Assembly (NCBI RefSeq): GCF_020745735.1 | Contig: NC_083409.1 | Span: 36,228,048 to 36,292,047, forward strand | From: Hemiscyllium ocellatum | Lineage: Eukaryota | Direction: 5' to 3' | Length of the DNA: 64,000 nucleotides | Shown: one piece after another, positions 38,088 through 49,584 of the stretch | Layout: each line of letters starts with the position of its first letter | Numbering within the stretch: the first letter of the stretch is position 1 | Made by a program: the position numbers and the translations under genes | Notes under the pieces: generated by a model | The model's database searches: none | The model's input: only the letters and a program-made list of their open reading frames with translations | Told to the model about the DNA's origin: nothing

Positions 38088-39194
38088 CTAATTCCTTCTT
38101 GTAGGTTTTTTTCTCTTCCCTGTCTTCCTCTGTTGCTTTGATTTCGTTCTTTTACCCATTGGAGATTCCAAAATTTTAACTGTTTCGGTTACTTGAATGT
38201 CACGTGGTGTTGATCTTGTTGATGTTTCCCCTTTGCATATGTTAGGCATGTTGAGATGTCTCACAACATTCTTTGGTTTAGTGTCCTGTTGTTGATGTGT
38301 CTGTACATACAAAGGTGATGGTAGCTTGTTGGTAAGATTCATGTATGGCTGAAATAATTGGTATGGAGCCATTAATGTCATTTGATTCACAGCTGGAGAT
38401 GGTACTTGTGAACTAGGATACACGTCCATCTCTGGTGGCTTAAGATGTTGCATTTGATATTGCTTTGCTTGGGGTACTACATCTATGTAAGAAGGATGAA
38501 CACCAGTAATGGCAGCTATCTGATGGGCATTGCTGAGGTCTGCAAAAGCTCTTTCAGGCAAAATTGTGTTGTAAAGAGTTAGCCGTGGCACACCATTCAC
38601 AAACCTGTGAAGAATTGTCAGCCATGTTTCACTGCTGATGGGATTGAGGGTCACTCTTGGCCAAAGTGAAGCCAAGTTATGGAGAGCTTCTCTATTCCAC
38701 CCAGATTCGGAAAAGTGATCATCCGTATGGTAGAGTGCAGAGAAATATATGTCCAACCTTGTGCTGGGAAAATCAAACAAGAAATCATTTATTTTGGTTA
38801 TGCAGCAGTGAGCTCTTTCATTACAAGGGGTGTAGTTGGAATAAATGGTAATGTAAGCAATGTCTTCATATGAGTACAACAGTGCATCCAGGTAGCCATC
38901 CATGTCAAAGAAGATAGATTCTGGATGAAGTTGATATAAAGTGCAGTTAGTTACTTGTCCTTTTTGCACTATAGTACCAGATGATAATTTCAGTTCATAG
39001 AAGATCAGATGCCTGTCAGACTGTGGTTGAGCATACGGAAATCCAAATGTTTCATAAAATTCAATGTAGGAAACTCGTGCTTCTTCTCCAGTTTTGATGT
39101 GATAGGGACATTTTGGGCATCTTTCAGTGGAATACAGCCAGTAGTAAGGTTTCACCAGTGTTCCTTGAGGAGCAATATATTCTTCATAAGTCAT
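38088..39194 (-). CDS. APOBEC4: APOBEC4 (putative C-to-U editing enzyme), single coding exon, 368 aa (382 aa if ATG at 39236 is used)
   Basis: Collinear with the vertebrate APOBEC4 sequence as I recall it: YEEYI..GTLVKPYYWL, CPYHIKTGEEARVS, FYELK, HPE (38919-38927), SNYTPCNERAHCC (38802-38828), WNREAL..LASLWPRV, KPKNVVRHLNMP, basic C-terminus; no stops. Confidence 0.96.
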   Translation of the reverse strand: MTYEEYIAPQGTLVKPYYWLYSTERCPKCPYHIKTGEEARVSYIEFYETFGFPYAQPQSDRHLIFYELKLSSGTIVQKGQVTNCTLYQLHPESIFFDMDGYLDALLYSYEDIAYITIYSNYTPCNERAHCCITKINDFLFDFPSTRLDIYFSALYHTDDHFSESGWNREALHNLASLWPRVTLNPISSETWLTILHRFVNGVPRLTLYNTILPERAFADLSNAHQIAAITGVHPSYIDVVPQAKQYQMQHLKPPEMDVYPSSQVPSPAVNQMTLMAPYQLFQPYMNLTNKLPSPLYVQTHQQQDTKPKNVVRHLNMPNICKGETSTRSTPRDIQVTETVKILESPMGKRTKSKQQRKTGKRKKPTRRN

Positions 39195-39259
39195 TGTTAT
39201 GATGGTTGCTTCACTTTGATTTTGTTGCAAAATCATAACCACTTAAGGATAATATATTC

Positions 39260-39275
39260 CTGAAAGAGATAATAA
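39260..39275 (-). promoter_or_regulatory. Splice acceptor of the APOBEC4 coding exon
   Basis: Minus strand ATCTCTTTCAG|GAATAT with exon starting at 39259; in-frame TAA at 39245-39243 shows coding cannot begin in an upstream exon in this frame. Confidence 0.6.
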
Positions 39276-39659
39276 AATAGGTGTTGACTATAAGCAGAAG
39301 AGGAGTCTCTGTATGAAGGAAAAACTATAAATTTTCCAAATTTGGGATATAAACAGATAGTGACAGATCAGATCTTCTTTCAGCATATCTTTATTTCATT
39401 ATTTCAGATTTTTTAATATATCAGATTTCCAGCATCATTTTATATTGACTATAAATAGAAGATAGAGATAATTGCAGTGGGGAACTTAGAAATTGCTTTT
39501 GTGGTTAGAATCTGAAAAATATTTCTGCAGTAAGTGTAAATAGCTTGGATGCTTTCAAATGAAAGCAGCAAATTGGAAAAGAATACGGGGTATACCAGTA
39601 AAAAGGGATGAGGGCAATGGAATTAGAGGGGGCACACCAGACAGAAAGATGACAACTGG

Positions 39660-41578
39660 TTAGAACATAGAACATAGAAGGATACAGCGCAGTACAGGCC
39701 CTTCGGCCCTCGATGTTGCGCCGACCGAATCCTACCTAACCTATACTAGCCCAATAACTTCCAAATGCCTATCCAATGCCCGCTTAAATGACCATAAAGA
39801 AGGAGAGTTCACCACTGATACGGGCAGGGCATTCCATGAACTCACAACCCGCTGTGTGAAGAATCTACCCCTAACATCGGTCCTATACCTACCACCCCTT
39901 AATTTAAAGCTATGTCCCCTAGTAACACCTGACTCCATTAGCGGTAAAAGGTTCTTAGTATCTACCCTATCTAAACCCCTAATCATCTTATATACTTCTA
40001 TCAGATCTCCCCTAAACCTTCTCTTCTCCAATGAGAACAGCCCCAAGTGCCTCAGCCTTTCCTCATAAGATTTTCCTACCATTCCAGGCAACATCCTGGT
40101 AAACCTCCTCTGCACTCGTTCTATAGCTTCCACATCCTTCCTATAGTATGGCGACCAAAACTGCACACAATACTCCAGATGAGGCCGCACCAGAGTCTTA
40201 TACAACTGCAACATGACCTCAGGACTCCGGAACTCAATTCCTCTGCCAATAAAGCCCAGTACACCATATGCCTTCCTCACAGCACTATTTACCTGGGTGG
40301 CAACTTTCAGAGATCTGTGTACATGGACACCAAGATCCCTCTGCTCATCCACACTACCAAGTAGCCTACCATTAGCCCAGTAATCCATCATCTTGTTATT
40401 CCTACCAAAGTGAACGACTTCGCACTTAGCTACATTGAATTCCATTTGCCACATTTCCGCCCAGCTCTGCAACTTATCTATATCCCGCTGTAACCTACCA
40501 CTTCCTTCCTCACTATCCACAACTCCACCGACTTTTGTGTCATCCGCAAACTTGCTTACCCAGCTTTCAAGTCCTTCCTCTAGATCATTTATAAAGATAA
40601 CAAAAAGCAATGGTCCCAAAACAGATCCTTGTGGTACACCGCTAGTAACTGCGCTCCAAGATGAACATAATCCATCAACTACTACCCTCTGTCTCCTTCC
40701 AGCCAGCCAATTCCTAATCCAAACCTCTAATGTATCCTCAATGCCATACCTCCGAAGTTTTAGCATTAGCCTACCATGGGGAACCTTATCGAACGCCTTA
40801 CTAAAATCCATATACACAACATCTACTGCTTTACCCTCATCCACTTCCTTGGTCACCTTCTCAAAGAACTCAATAAGGTTTGTGAGGCACGACCTGCCCT
40901 TCACAAAACCATGCTGGCTATCCCTGATCACGTTATTCCTACCCAGATGTTCATAAATCTTATCCCTTACCATTCTCTCTAAGACTTTGCCCACCACTGA
41001 AGTCAGACTCACTGGCCTATAGTTGCTAGGGCTATCCCTACTCCCTTTCTTGAACAACGGGACCACATTCGCTATCCTCCAGTCCTCTGGTACTATTCCT
41101 GTTGACAACGACGACATAAAAATCCAGGCCAATGGCTCTGCTATCTCCTCCCTAGCTTCCCATAGGATCCTGGGGTAAATGCCATCAGGCCCAGGAGACT
41201 TATCTATATTCATCCTTTCCAATATTCCCAAAACCTCTTCCCTGCATATTTCCAGGGCATCCATTCTAATTATTTGTGATTCCATATTCACATCAGCAAC
41301 AGTGTCCTGTTCCTGAGTGAATACTGATGAAAAGTACTGATTTAATGTCTCTCCAATCTCCTCCGCCTCCACACACAACTTCCCACTACTATCCTTGACT
41401 GGACCGATACCTACCCTAGTCATCCTTTTATTCTTGACATACCTATAGAAAGCCTTTGGGTTTTCCCTAATCCTACCAGCTAAAGACTTTTCATGTCCCC
41501 TTCTCGCTTCTCTTAGCTCCCTCTTTAGCTCCTTCCTGGCTACCTTATAACTCTCAATCGCCTCTACTGAACCTTCAC
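39660..41578 (-). mobile_element. Young 5'-truncated CR1 LINE
   Basis: Uninterrupted RT frame plus 3' UTR and (ATGTTCT)n tail at about 39660-39680. Confidence 0.95.
39741..41423 (-). CDS. CR1 ORF2 reverse transcriptase portion (560 aa, truncated copy)
   Basis: KSPGPDGIYP, NYRPVSLTS, QHGFVKGRSCLTNL, DFSKAFDKV, GVPQGSVLGPLLF, KFADD; no stops. Confidence 0.9.
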   Translation of the reverse strand: MTRVGIGPVKDSSGKLCVEAEEIGETLNQYFSSVFTQEQDTVADVNMESQIIRMDALEICREEVLGILERMNIDKSPGPDGIYPRILWEAREEIAEPLAWIFMSSLSTGIVPEDWRIANVVPLFKKGSRDSPSNYRPVSLTSVVGKVLERMVRDKIYEHLGRNNVIRDSQHGFVKGRSCLTNLIEFFEKVTKEVDEGKAVDVVYMDFSKAFDKVPHGRLMLKLRRYGIEDTLEVWIRNWLAGRRQRVVVDGLCSSWSAVTSGVPQGSVLGPLLFVIFINDLEEGLESWVSKFADDTKVGGVVDSEEGSGRLQRDIDKLQSWAEMWQMEFNVAKCEVVHFGRNNKMMDYWANGRLLGSVDEQRDLGVHVHRSLKVATQVNSAVRKAYGVLGFIGRGIEFRSPEVMLQLYKTLVRPHLEYCVQFWSPYYRKDVEAIERVQRRFTRMLPGMVGKSYEERLRHLGLFSLEKRRFRGDLIEVYKMIRGLDRVDTKNLLPLMESGVTRGHSFKLRGGRYRTDVRGRFFTQRVVSSWNALPVSVVNSPSLWSFKRALDRHLEVIGLV

Positions 41579-42929
41579 GGTTGTGCTGAATGGCCTGCTA
41601 CAATACTGGAACAGGGGCCAAAGCACCAGAAACAAACCTATAATTGCAGAAAGTTTATGAAGTAAAAACAACACAAAATGGCATGAGTACAGTCAATAAA
41701 TTCATAATATTCTTTGCACTTTGTGCATGACTAAATTGGGATAGTTGTGCTTGTGTTGTTCCTCAGTATGAACTTTTCCAGACATTTCCAGGGCACTGAA
41801 GAAGTTGAGAAGCTGTTTGATAGTTGAAAGTAGGCATTTCTGTGGTGAAATCTTCAGGAATATATGCATACAGAGTTGGCAAACCTTTATCTTCATCCCC
41901 ATTGAGAAGCGAATTAAGTGATCAGTGGCCATGCCGTTTTTAAATGCAGACTTGCACTCTCAGCTACATAAATTTTTACATGCAGCTGCAAGAGGAAGTA
42001 TTTTATTCAACTGGAATTTCTGATACAAGGTTCCAACACTGAAATACAAAATTCACTAAACAAACATTGGAAGCAAACTATTGTAATTACTCAATACATT
42101 GTTGCTAGAATTCAGACCAGTTGTGCTCCATAAATATTACTCAATGTACTAAAATTCATATATAATTATAAAGCCTAGAATCATAATAAGCTCATTCCTG
42201 TGAAAACATTGTGATTGAACATAAAACTATTGGATACAGAGTAAGAATAATACGATTAGGCATTCAGGTGTAAATGTACATTCTCCACACATGCAGTATA
42301 TATTGTAAGTGTTTACCTGTAACCAGGAGGCCCGACTAAGGTGGTTCATCATTGTTTTTCCAGCATTTGTTGTATTTTTGATTAATCTGAACTATGGAAT
42401 TTATTCCAAATGTTGGTGCAAATCTACAGTAGATCACACAAACATATTTTTCTTCCACCGGTGATTCTGTTCATGTGCTTGATAACTTGTTTGTTGCAGA
42501 GGGTGGGGCAGTTTTGTTTATGGGCAAAGTGAATGGATACAGACTCCATGGCAATAGTGTTTCTTTGTGCTGGGTTACTGTTCCTCACGTAGACTATAGG
42601 TATTCCCCATACGTCTGGCAAGTTTTCTGAATGTAATTTAATCATCATCATAAAAACCACAGTGCTGCATTTATTATAATCACTGAAGTTTTCAAAGCCA
42701 GAATGGCAACATTGTATCCAACAAAGATCATGGAATAATGTGTGTTAGATATTGTCAGGCTGATCCTTCAGTTACAAAAGACTGACAGGCAAGTGAAAAG
42801 ATATTGAGAAATAGTGAGGACAAATGATTGAGTGGGTTACATCTAGTATTGAATATGAAGATTTGGATTCATCCTTTCTTTTTCTGCTGTAGCTTTTGTC
42901 TTCTGCCTTAAAAGATCCAAAGTTACATA

Positions 42930-43385
42930 ATACCATGTCATAGTCCTACAGGTTTATTTGAAATCACAAGCTTTCAGTGCATAACCCCTTTGTCAGCTGA
43001 AGTGAAGAGAGAAGCACAGAAATTTATAGGCAGAGAGATTAAGGGCAGAGAGATCAAAAGATCATACAAATAGTGTGAGTAGAGTGTTGAATAATAAATC
43101 TTTACAGGTGATCAAAAGTGTCAAGTGAAGAGATGATCTATAATATGATTAAATGAGGCAGAGAGAGGTTTACAAAAAATTAAAAATAAAGTTGTGCTGG
43201 AGACAAACCAAATGACTGGAATAACAAGATAGGTATAAGAGTAATAAATTCATAAGTAATCCAAAATTGTACAAATTAACTAAGGTAGAGAGATCATAAC
43301 AATTTAACAAGGTGATGGTATCAAAACAGGACAGTAAGGAAGATTTTCCAGACACAGAACAGTGTGGTTAGGGTCTCATGTTGTG
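42930..43385 (-). mobile_element. Penelope-type 3' remnant with decayed hammerhead
   Basis: Minus strand CTGACAAAGGGGTTATGCACTGAAAGCT followed by AAATAAACCTGTAGGACTAT, same terminus family as 44645 and 48414. Confidence 0.55.
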
Positions 43386-44539
43386 CGACATGATCCCAAG
43401 AGCATCTTAAAAGGTGGCAACATTCACACTGAGTCAAAGGATTTACTAAAGTGTGACAGAAAGTAAAGTACTTATAAGAACTATGTGCCTTCTGCAGAAA
43501 GGTTATTTCAGATACATTACTATCATTTCTGTTTTTGAATTGGTTACTGTAAAAGCTGTCGTTTTTTGGATGGCGTTGTTCAATCACTTGTAATTAGTGC
43601 AATGCTGAATCTGAATGATTGGTATTGGGCAAAGATAAATCCAATAATCTTACTAAGCTTTAGTAAATTATGGGGTAGTATTGGCATAGTATATGAAGGT
43701 ACAGATATTCAATTTTATTTCAACTTAAAATCTACATTGGTTCTTGAAAGTAGAGTTGTAGGAAATGTAATAGCCAATCGTCCATGGTCCCATCAACTGA
43801 AATGAGCAGATAGTCTTTAGGTTGGGATAATTATTCATCTGCAGAACTCTCCTTCTCTTTGCAATCAGAGACAGGGACTTTATTTAATGTATTGTTTGAA
43901 ATATTGCACACTTGATAGTGCGTGCAGTACAGGTTGGCACAGTAATGTCAGCTGAGATTATGTGCTGAAGTCTTTGAAGTAGGACTGCAAATTTGAAAGT
44001 CAGGCAAAAATGTTATCCACTAAGCCAAATCTTGTAACTGACAGATGTTTGCATGACATTTGATGAATTCATTATTGTGCAAGTGTTATAAAGGTCACCA
44101 GTGGTGGAATGTTAAAATTAGCTGCTTTTCACTCAGAAAATTTGTATGCTTTTGCCATAACACTGAGTAAACATGCAAAATGTTTGAATTGGGATGGCAA
44201 AGGTGTTTCAGCATTTTTGCCTTCAGTAGTTCTTTGATACCCATTGGCTGTGGGGGTGCTGCTCAATTGTAAACTGATTTAATTCATGTGCTGGCTTTTG
44301 GCCTTTTGGAGATTTCAGTTGGAGCACAGCTATGTTAATATACAGTTTATCAGCCTGTTTCTTTGATAATTTATCTGAACTCAACATTAATTTTAAATCC
44401 CGGCATTGATCTGTGACAAAGTGGTGAGATACAAGTGGAGCACAGTGACCTTTTGCATAAACAAATACTGGGAAATTGGCCAACTGTTGTAAAAAAAGAC
44501 TCACTGGTTTCCCCTGTCAATAAGAGTGACGTTCTATTT

Positions 44540-44728
44540 GTTACAAATCACATAACACCAGGTTATAGTCCAATTGGCAGGTTTAATTGGCAGCACACTA
44601 GCTTTCGGGGTGCGCTCCTTCATCGGGTGATACCAATTCATCACCTGATGAAGGAGCGTCGCTCCGAAAGCTAGTGTGCTGCCAATTAAACCTGTTGGAC
44701 TATAAACTGGTGTTGTGTGATTTGTAAC
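44540..44728. mobile_element. Palindromic pair of Penelope-type termini, each with a hammerhead core
   Basis: About 90-bp inverted arms around loop TACCAATTCA; right arm has an intact core, left arm a mutated one. Confidence 0.85.
44641..44677 (+). ncRNA. Minimal hammerhead ribozyme with intact core
   Basis: TCAC-CTGATGA-AGGAGCGTCGCTCC-GAAAGCTA-GTG: 5-bp stem II (GGAGC/GCTCC), palindromic AGCT stem III, CUA cleavage triplet. Confidence 0.75.
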
Positions 44729-45739
44729 TTTGTACATCCCAGTTCTATTTGTTGGATGCCATTCAGAAAAGTGTGTGTGTCATTCACATTTCATATACTA
44801 GATGCTTGCAATATTAAAAGTTAAAAGCAGCTCACTTCAATAATGGGCCTTACTGGCTTCTAAGGAATTGGATCGCCTTCAATCATGTGCTGAACATATT
44901 AGGCAAAACAGAGAACTAAGTGTTCCAGCTGGTATTTATTATAGACAGAATCTGTTACAGCAATCTGTAAGTTAAATAGGTTGGTACATGATTGTGAGTA
45001 ACAGAAGAATGCAGTTCTGTAATCTTATCCCATCAACAATTTGTGATTTGCAGGATTAAAATATTAACATTTACAGGAATCAAAGCTGAGATGAAATAGT
45101 AAGGATATTTGAGGGTTAATAAGCTCGCAGAAGAAATATTTTCATGCCTAGAGCAAACCTAAGAAAATATTTAATGCTATTTAGAAGCAACAAGCTAACT
45201 GCCATTTCGAAAATTAATGCATGTAAGTATTCTGCTCTGTGGATGTCACATTTTGATGTGGGGCCTTCAACTGGCTCAAATAATAGTCATTTAGCTTTTT
45301 CTCTTTTTTTTTGACTTTGGCTGGTGAAACTGCTACCCTGTCAGAAGAGGTGGATAATATTTATTATTTGATTATCCAGGTTGATTTTGTATGGTAGATT
45401 TGATGTTTTTTAGAAGCAGTGTTAAGTGTTAGTGTGTTGCCTTACCAGATTGACTATTAATGGGTTATTCTCACTGTAATGTTGCTCATTTCTTGAATTA
45501 AGTTGGGTCAATGTGTTGCAGTTGTTCCTCTCCCTTCCCCTGCTGTTCTAACCTTTTCCTTCAATATCGGAAGCCTCATGTCTTTCCAAACATCTTGCTT
45601 TGTTTTTGCACAAGATCCCTGCTGCATCCCCATTGCACTGCCCTGACTATTTAGAGTCACCTTGACTGATATGAATGTAATCAGCTAACTGGGAGTCAAC
45701 CCGTAACCCATCTTGCTGCATCTTCATACCAAACAGTCC

Positions 45740-46440
45740 ATCAAAAATACAGGCACATGGTGGACAAATTCACTGCAGGAAATGATATTATTGATCCCTG
45801 AAAATTGCAGGGCAGTTATATGGTAGGTGTATGGGATACTTACCTTTATTAGCAGAGGCATAGAGTACAAGAGCAAGATGGTTATACTGGAATTGTATAA
45901 AATGCTGGTTAGACACCAACTGGAAAACTTGCTGCAATTCTGGTCACCACATTATACAAAGGATGTATTTGTACTAGAGAGAGGGTGTGCAAGACATTTA
46001 CAAGAATGCTACCTGGTCTGCAGGGTCTGAGCTATGAAACTTTGGAGAGGCTGGATTTGTTTTTCTAGAAGCAGCAAATTTTGGGAGGGGTCATAATCGA
46101 GGTGGAAAAGGTTTTGAGCGACATAGATACTGTGGGTAGGAAGGAACCTTATCCATTAATAGAGGGGTCTATTATGAGGGACAATGGCTTAAAGTGAGAG
46201 GGAAAGCGCTGAGAGGAGAGTTGAAGAGAAATACTTTAACTCAAGAGGGCGATGCAAGTCTGGAAGTCACTGTCTGAAAAGGTGATTGAGACACAAAGGC
46301 TCATTCCTGTTGTGCAGCACTTGTATATTCACTTGAATTGCCATAATTTACAGGGCTAAAAATAGAAAATGGGATTAGTGCAAACAGATCATTGATGATG
46401 AGTGTGACACAACTGGCATCCTTCTGTGTTGTAATGTCTT
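45740..46440 (+). mobile_element. Degenerate CR1 3' fragment
   Basis: YGILTFISRGIEYKSK..LELYKMLVRHQLE..QFWSPHY. Confidence 0.75.
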
Positions 46441-46758
46441 TGAGTCTATGAGTCAAAATAGTGGTGAAGGAGTTGACACAATTCTTCATCCTGTATCATC
46501 TGCCAACATAGATCCAGTCAGATGACGATGCAAGTTTCAAGTCCAGCATATTTCAGGAAGTCATTATTAAGATGGGTGTTCACAGTATTCCCACTAAGTT
46601 CCTTTTTTTGGTGTGACCAGGTTTTTGATTGTCAGACCTAATATTTCTGATTGTGTCTCAGTGTCAGGTTTTGCTTCTAATTCTCCCGGCAAGTGCCTTG
46701 GGATTTTTGTTTGTCACTTTAAGCCATTACATCACAATAGTTGTTGATTATTTAGACT

Positions 46759-47066
46759 GGGTGGCATGGTGGCTCAGTGGTTAGCACTGCTGTCTCGTAG
46801 TGCTAGGAACCTGGGTTCTATTCCAGTTTTGTGCGACTGTCTGTGTAGAGTTTGCATATTCTCCCTGTGTCTGCATGGGTCTCCTGAGTGCTCTCGTTTC
46901 CTCCCACAATCCAAAGGTGTGCAGGTTAAGTGAATTGGTCATGCTAAATTGCCCACATTGTTAGGTGCATTAGTTTGGGGAATAGATCTGGGTGGGTTAC
47001 TCTTAAGAGGATTGGTGTGGACTTGTTAGGCCAAATGGCCTGTTTCCATACTGTAGGGGATCTAAA
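46759..47066 (+). mobile_element. Older HE1-type SINE
   Basis: Diverged but collinear with the other HE1 copies. Confidence 0.85.
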
Positions 47067-48287
47067 CTAGTACTGATCATATTACTAAGTTATAAGTGGA
47101 GTGCAACTTGGCAATGGTTATGTTGATGAGCAACTGAGCAGAACTTTACAGCATAGAGTTTTATAGCATAGAAGAAAAACTTTAGACGATTATGTCTGTG
47201 GCAATCATCAAATACCTCTCAACATCGAAACCCATTTTCCAGCATTTGGTCTTGTTGTATGCTATGCCATTTCAATTGTTCATCTAAATGTTCCCAGCTC
47301 AATTACTCTGAGGCAGTGAGCCCCCTCTGGGTGAAAAACAACTTATTCCTCTAAAACTCCCGTCCCTTTCCTTAAATCTACAGTCCCTGGTGGTTTACCC
47401 TGGTTATTGAAATTGCAAAGTTTAAACTGTTGGGAACTTGAAAGCTCAAGTCCCAGTGGTGATGATGACGCTGTATCTGGAGTATGGTGTACTGTTTTGC
47501 TGCTCATGTTTAAGAAAGGATGTACAGTGCTGGCATTGGGGGCAGTTCAAAAGAGATCCACTAGGCTGATTCCAGGGACAAAGGGGGGTTGGTTTATCAA
47601 GGACAGCTAAACAGCTTAGAATATTTGCTGTCAATTCACTTCGTGATTTTTGGTCACTTCGATGAAACCTATGCCCCGCCTGGTCTGTTTTCAGTTTCGT
47701 AAACTGCCATTCTGTTGCCTGCTCTTTGAAAAGCATGAACCCGTTGCAACTGTGTGGTAGATACAGACTAAACCATACAAATAAAAAATCTTGTCCATTT
47801 TCATTTTGGTATCCTTTCTAAGGGTATACCAGGAAGATACCTGCGTTCTCACAAGAACTCTCAGGGGTGTCATGATTGTCGTGGTCACTTTAAGAAAGCC
47901 AAGTTCCACTCGCCCATTTGAAATCTCCGTCCAGCTTTTTTTTGTGTGGTGCTGGATGTTGGGGACGGGATGTGTACACCTTGAACATGCGGCTGGATGT
48001 TGTGGGGAGTAGGTGCAGTGTGGAAGTGAGGGTGAGGCAGGGAGGGAAGTAAGATGCGGATCCAGGAGCCGGTGGCTGAGGAGCAGAGTAGGAAGCGAGG
48101 AAGGTGGTGGCAGCGAGGGAGAAGGATAACCCACCAGTATCTGGCCAGCAGCTGCTGCTCCTTGGTGATCCGAGGTTACCAGGCAATGAAAGACAACTGG
48201 AGAGCTGGGCGAAAGTCCCTGCAGGAGTTCACTTGGTATTTTAAAAAAAAAGTTTTGTGATTTACATATGAAAGAACTGATACATGG

Positions 48288-48500
48288 TCATTCTAAAAGA
48301 TGAGAGATGTAACAAACAATCGGGTCTTTTTTTCAATATATCATTTCAGTTACATCACACTGGAAACTTTTGCTGTAAATTCTGAGTCTTGCAATCTTAT
48401 ACTCCACAACTACCTGATGAAGGAGCGGTGCTCCAAAAGCTAGTGCTTCCAAATAAACCAAGTTGGACTATAACCGGGTGTTGTGTGATTTTTAACTTTT
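48288..48500 (+). mobile_element. Penelope-type terminus with hammerhead (GAAA mutated to AAAA)
   Basis: CCTGATGAAGGAGCGGTGCTCCAAAAGCTAG...GGACTATAACCGGGTGTTGTGTGATTTT, same family as 44645. Confidence 0.7.
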
Positions 48501-49584
48501 TAAGTGAAAGCACTGGATCATGATTAAGTAAAGCTGGTGGATTATTTTTCTCCTCTATCTGCCTGCCTCCTTTCTTCCCTCAGATTCTTTTTTCTCTCTC
48601 CTTCCTCTTTTGGCAGCTTCTCCCCTTCCCCCACACCTCCCATTGATATCTCTGGACTATGCTGCAAAGAAAAATCCTCCTTTTCTCCACCACATTCTCT
48701 GCCCCTTCTCCTAACAGTGCTCTGCTTTCTTGAAAACCGACTGTGTTAGTTTGACAAACAAAAACATCGATCGCAGTCTGAACATGAGCTGCAATACCGA
48801 ACGCAAAGCCTTCAGCCATTCAGACAGCTGGCACACAATTGCAGATGGAGGCACATACAAGTATAAATGATTAAATTTATACTTGTCTGATCAATTACAG
48901 GCCTAGAAAACTTGATTGTCCAGACTGCAAAGGGGATCGAGAACTCTGCACTGCAAAATCTGAGGTGGCCATGAAAAAGTAAGTTTGACACAATGTGACT
49001 ATCTATGATCTTGTTTCATTCAGTGTATGAGAAAGCCAAAGGAAATTGTTCATGAGCTAGCAGTTATTGTATGATAACCTAGGGACCCTATCATGCAAGG
49101 GTGTAGTGAATAGCATTCCAGACCACAGTAGTTTCCTTTTCACCTTTTCGCCCTTATCACTAGCTATAGTGACCTTCAAACCGATGAGAGGTCTTTAAGA
49201 AAAAAAATCACTATCTATTTTTCAAATGTTTGCAAGTTGTTTGTAGATGGAAGCCCTACATTTAATTTGTGCTACATGATCATTGCCGGTGCAGACATTG
49301 AGGCAGTCCACATTGTCAGGAGGATGGGAATCAAAGTTTGGAACACACGAGTGCAACCATTAGGAAGCACTGTGATGTGATTTTGATGTGGTTTAATGCT
49401 GCATTCCAAAGGAATCATAAACGTGAAAATGAAATGTTGGAGAACCATTGATTCCTTCATTTTTTTTTGTGCAACGCAATAAATACCACTCCAGACTCCA
49501 GCATTCCCATTAAAGAGGCTGCTGGACTGCCTCCCTCAAATTAGAGAGAGTTGGCTTAATTAATAGTCTAAATATTGAAGCATC

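Noticed and set aside
40435-40956. 173-aa plus-strand ORF and neighbours
   Set aside because: Antisense to CR1 ORF2; commonly open in CR1 copies
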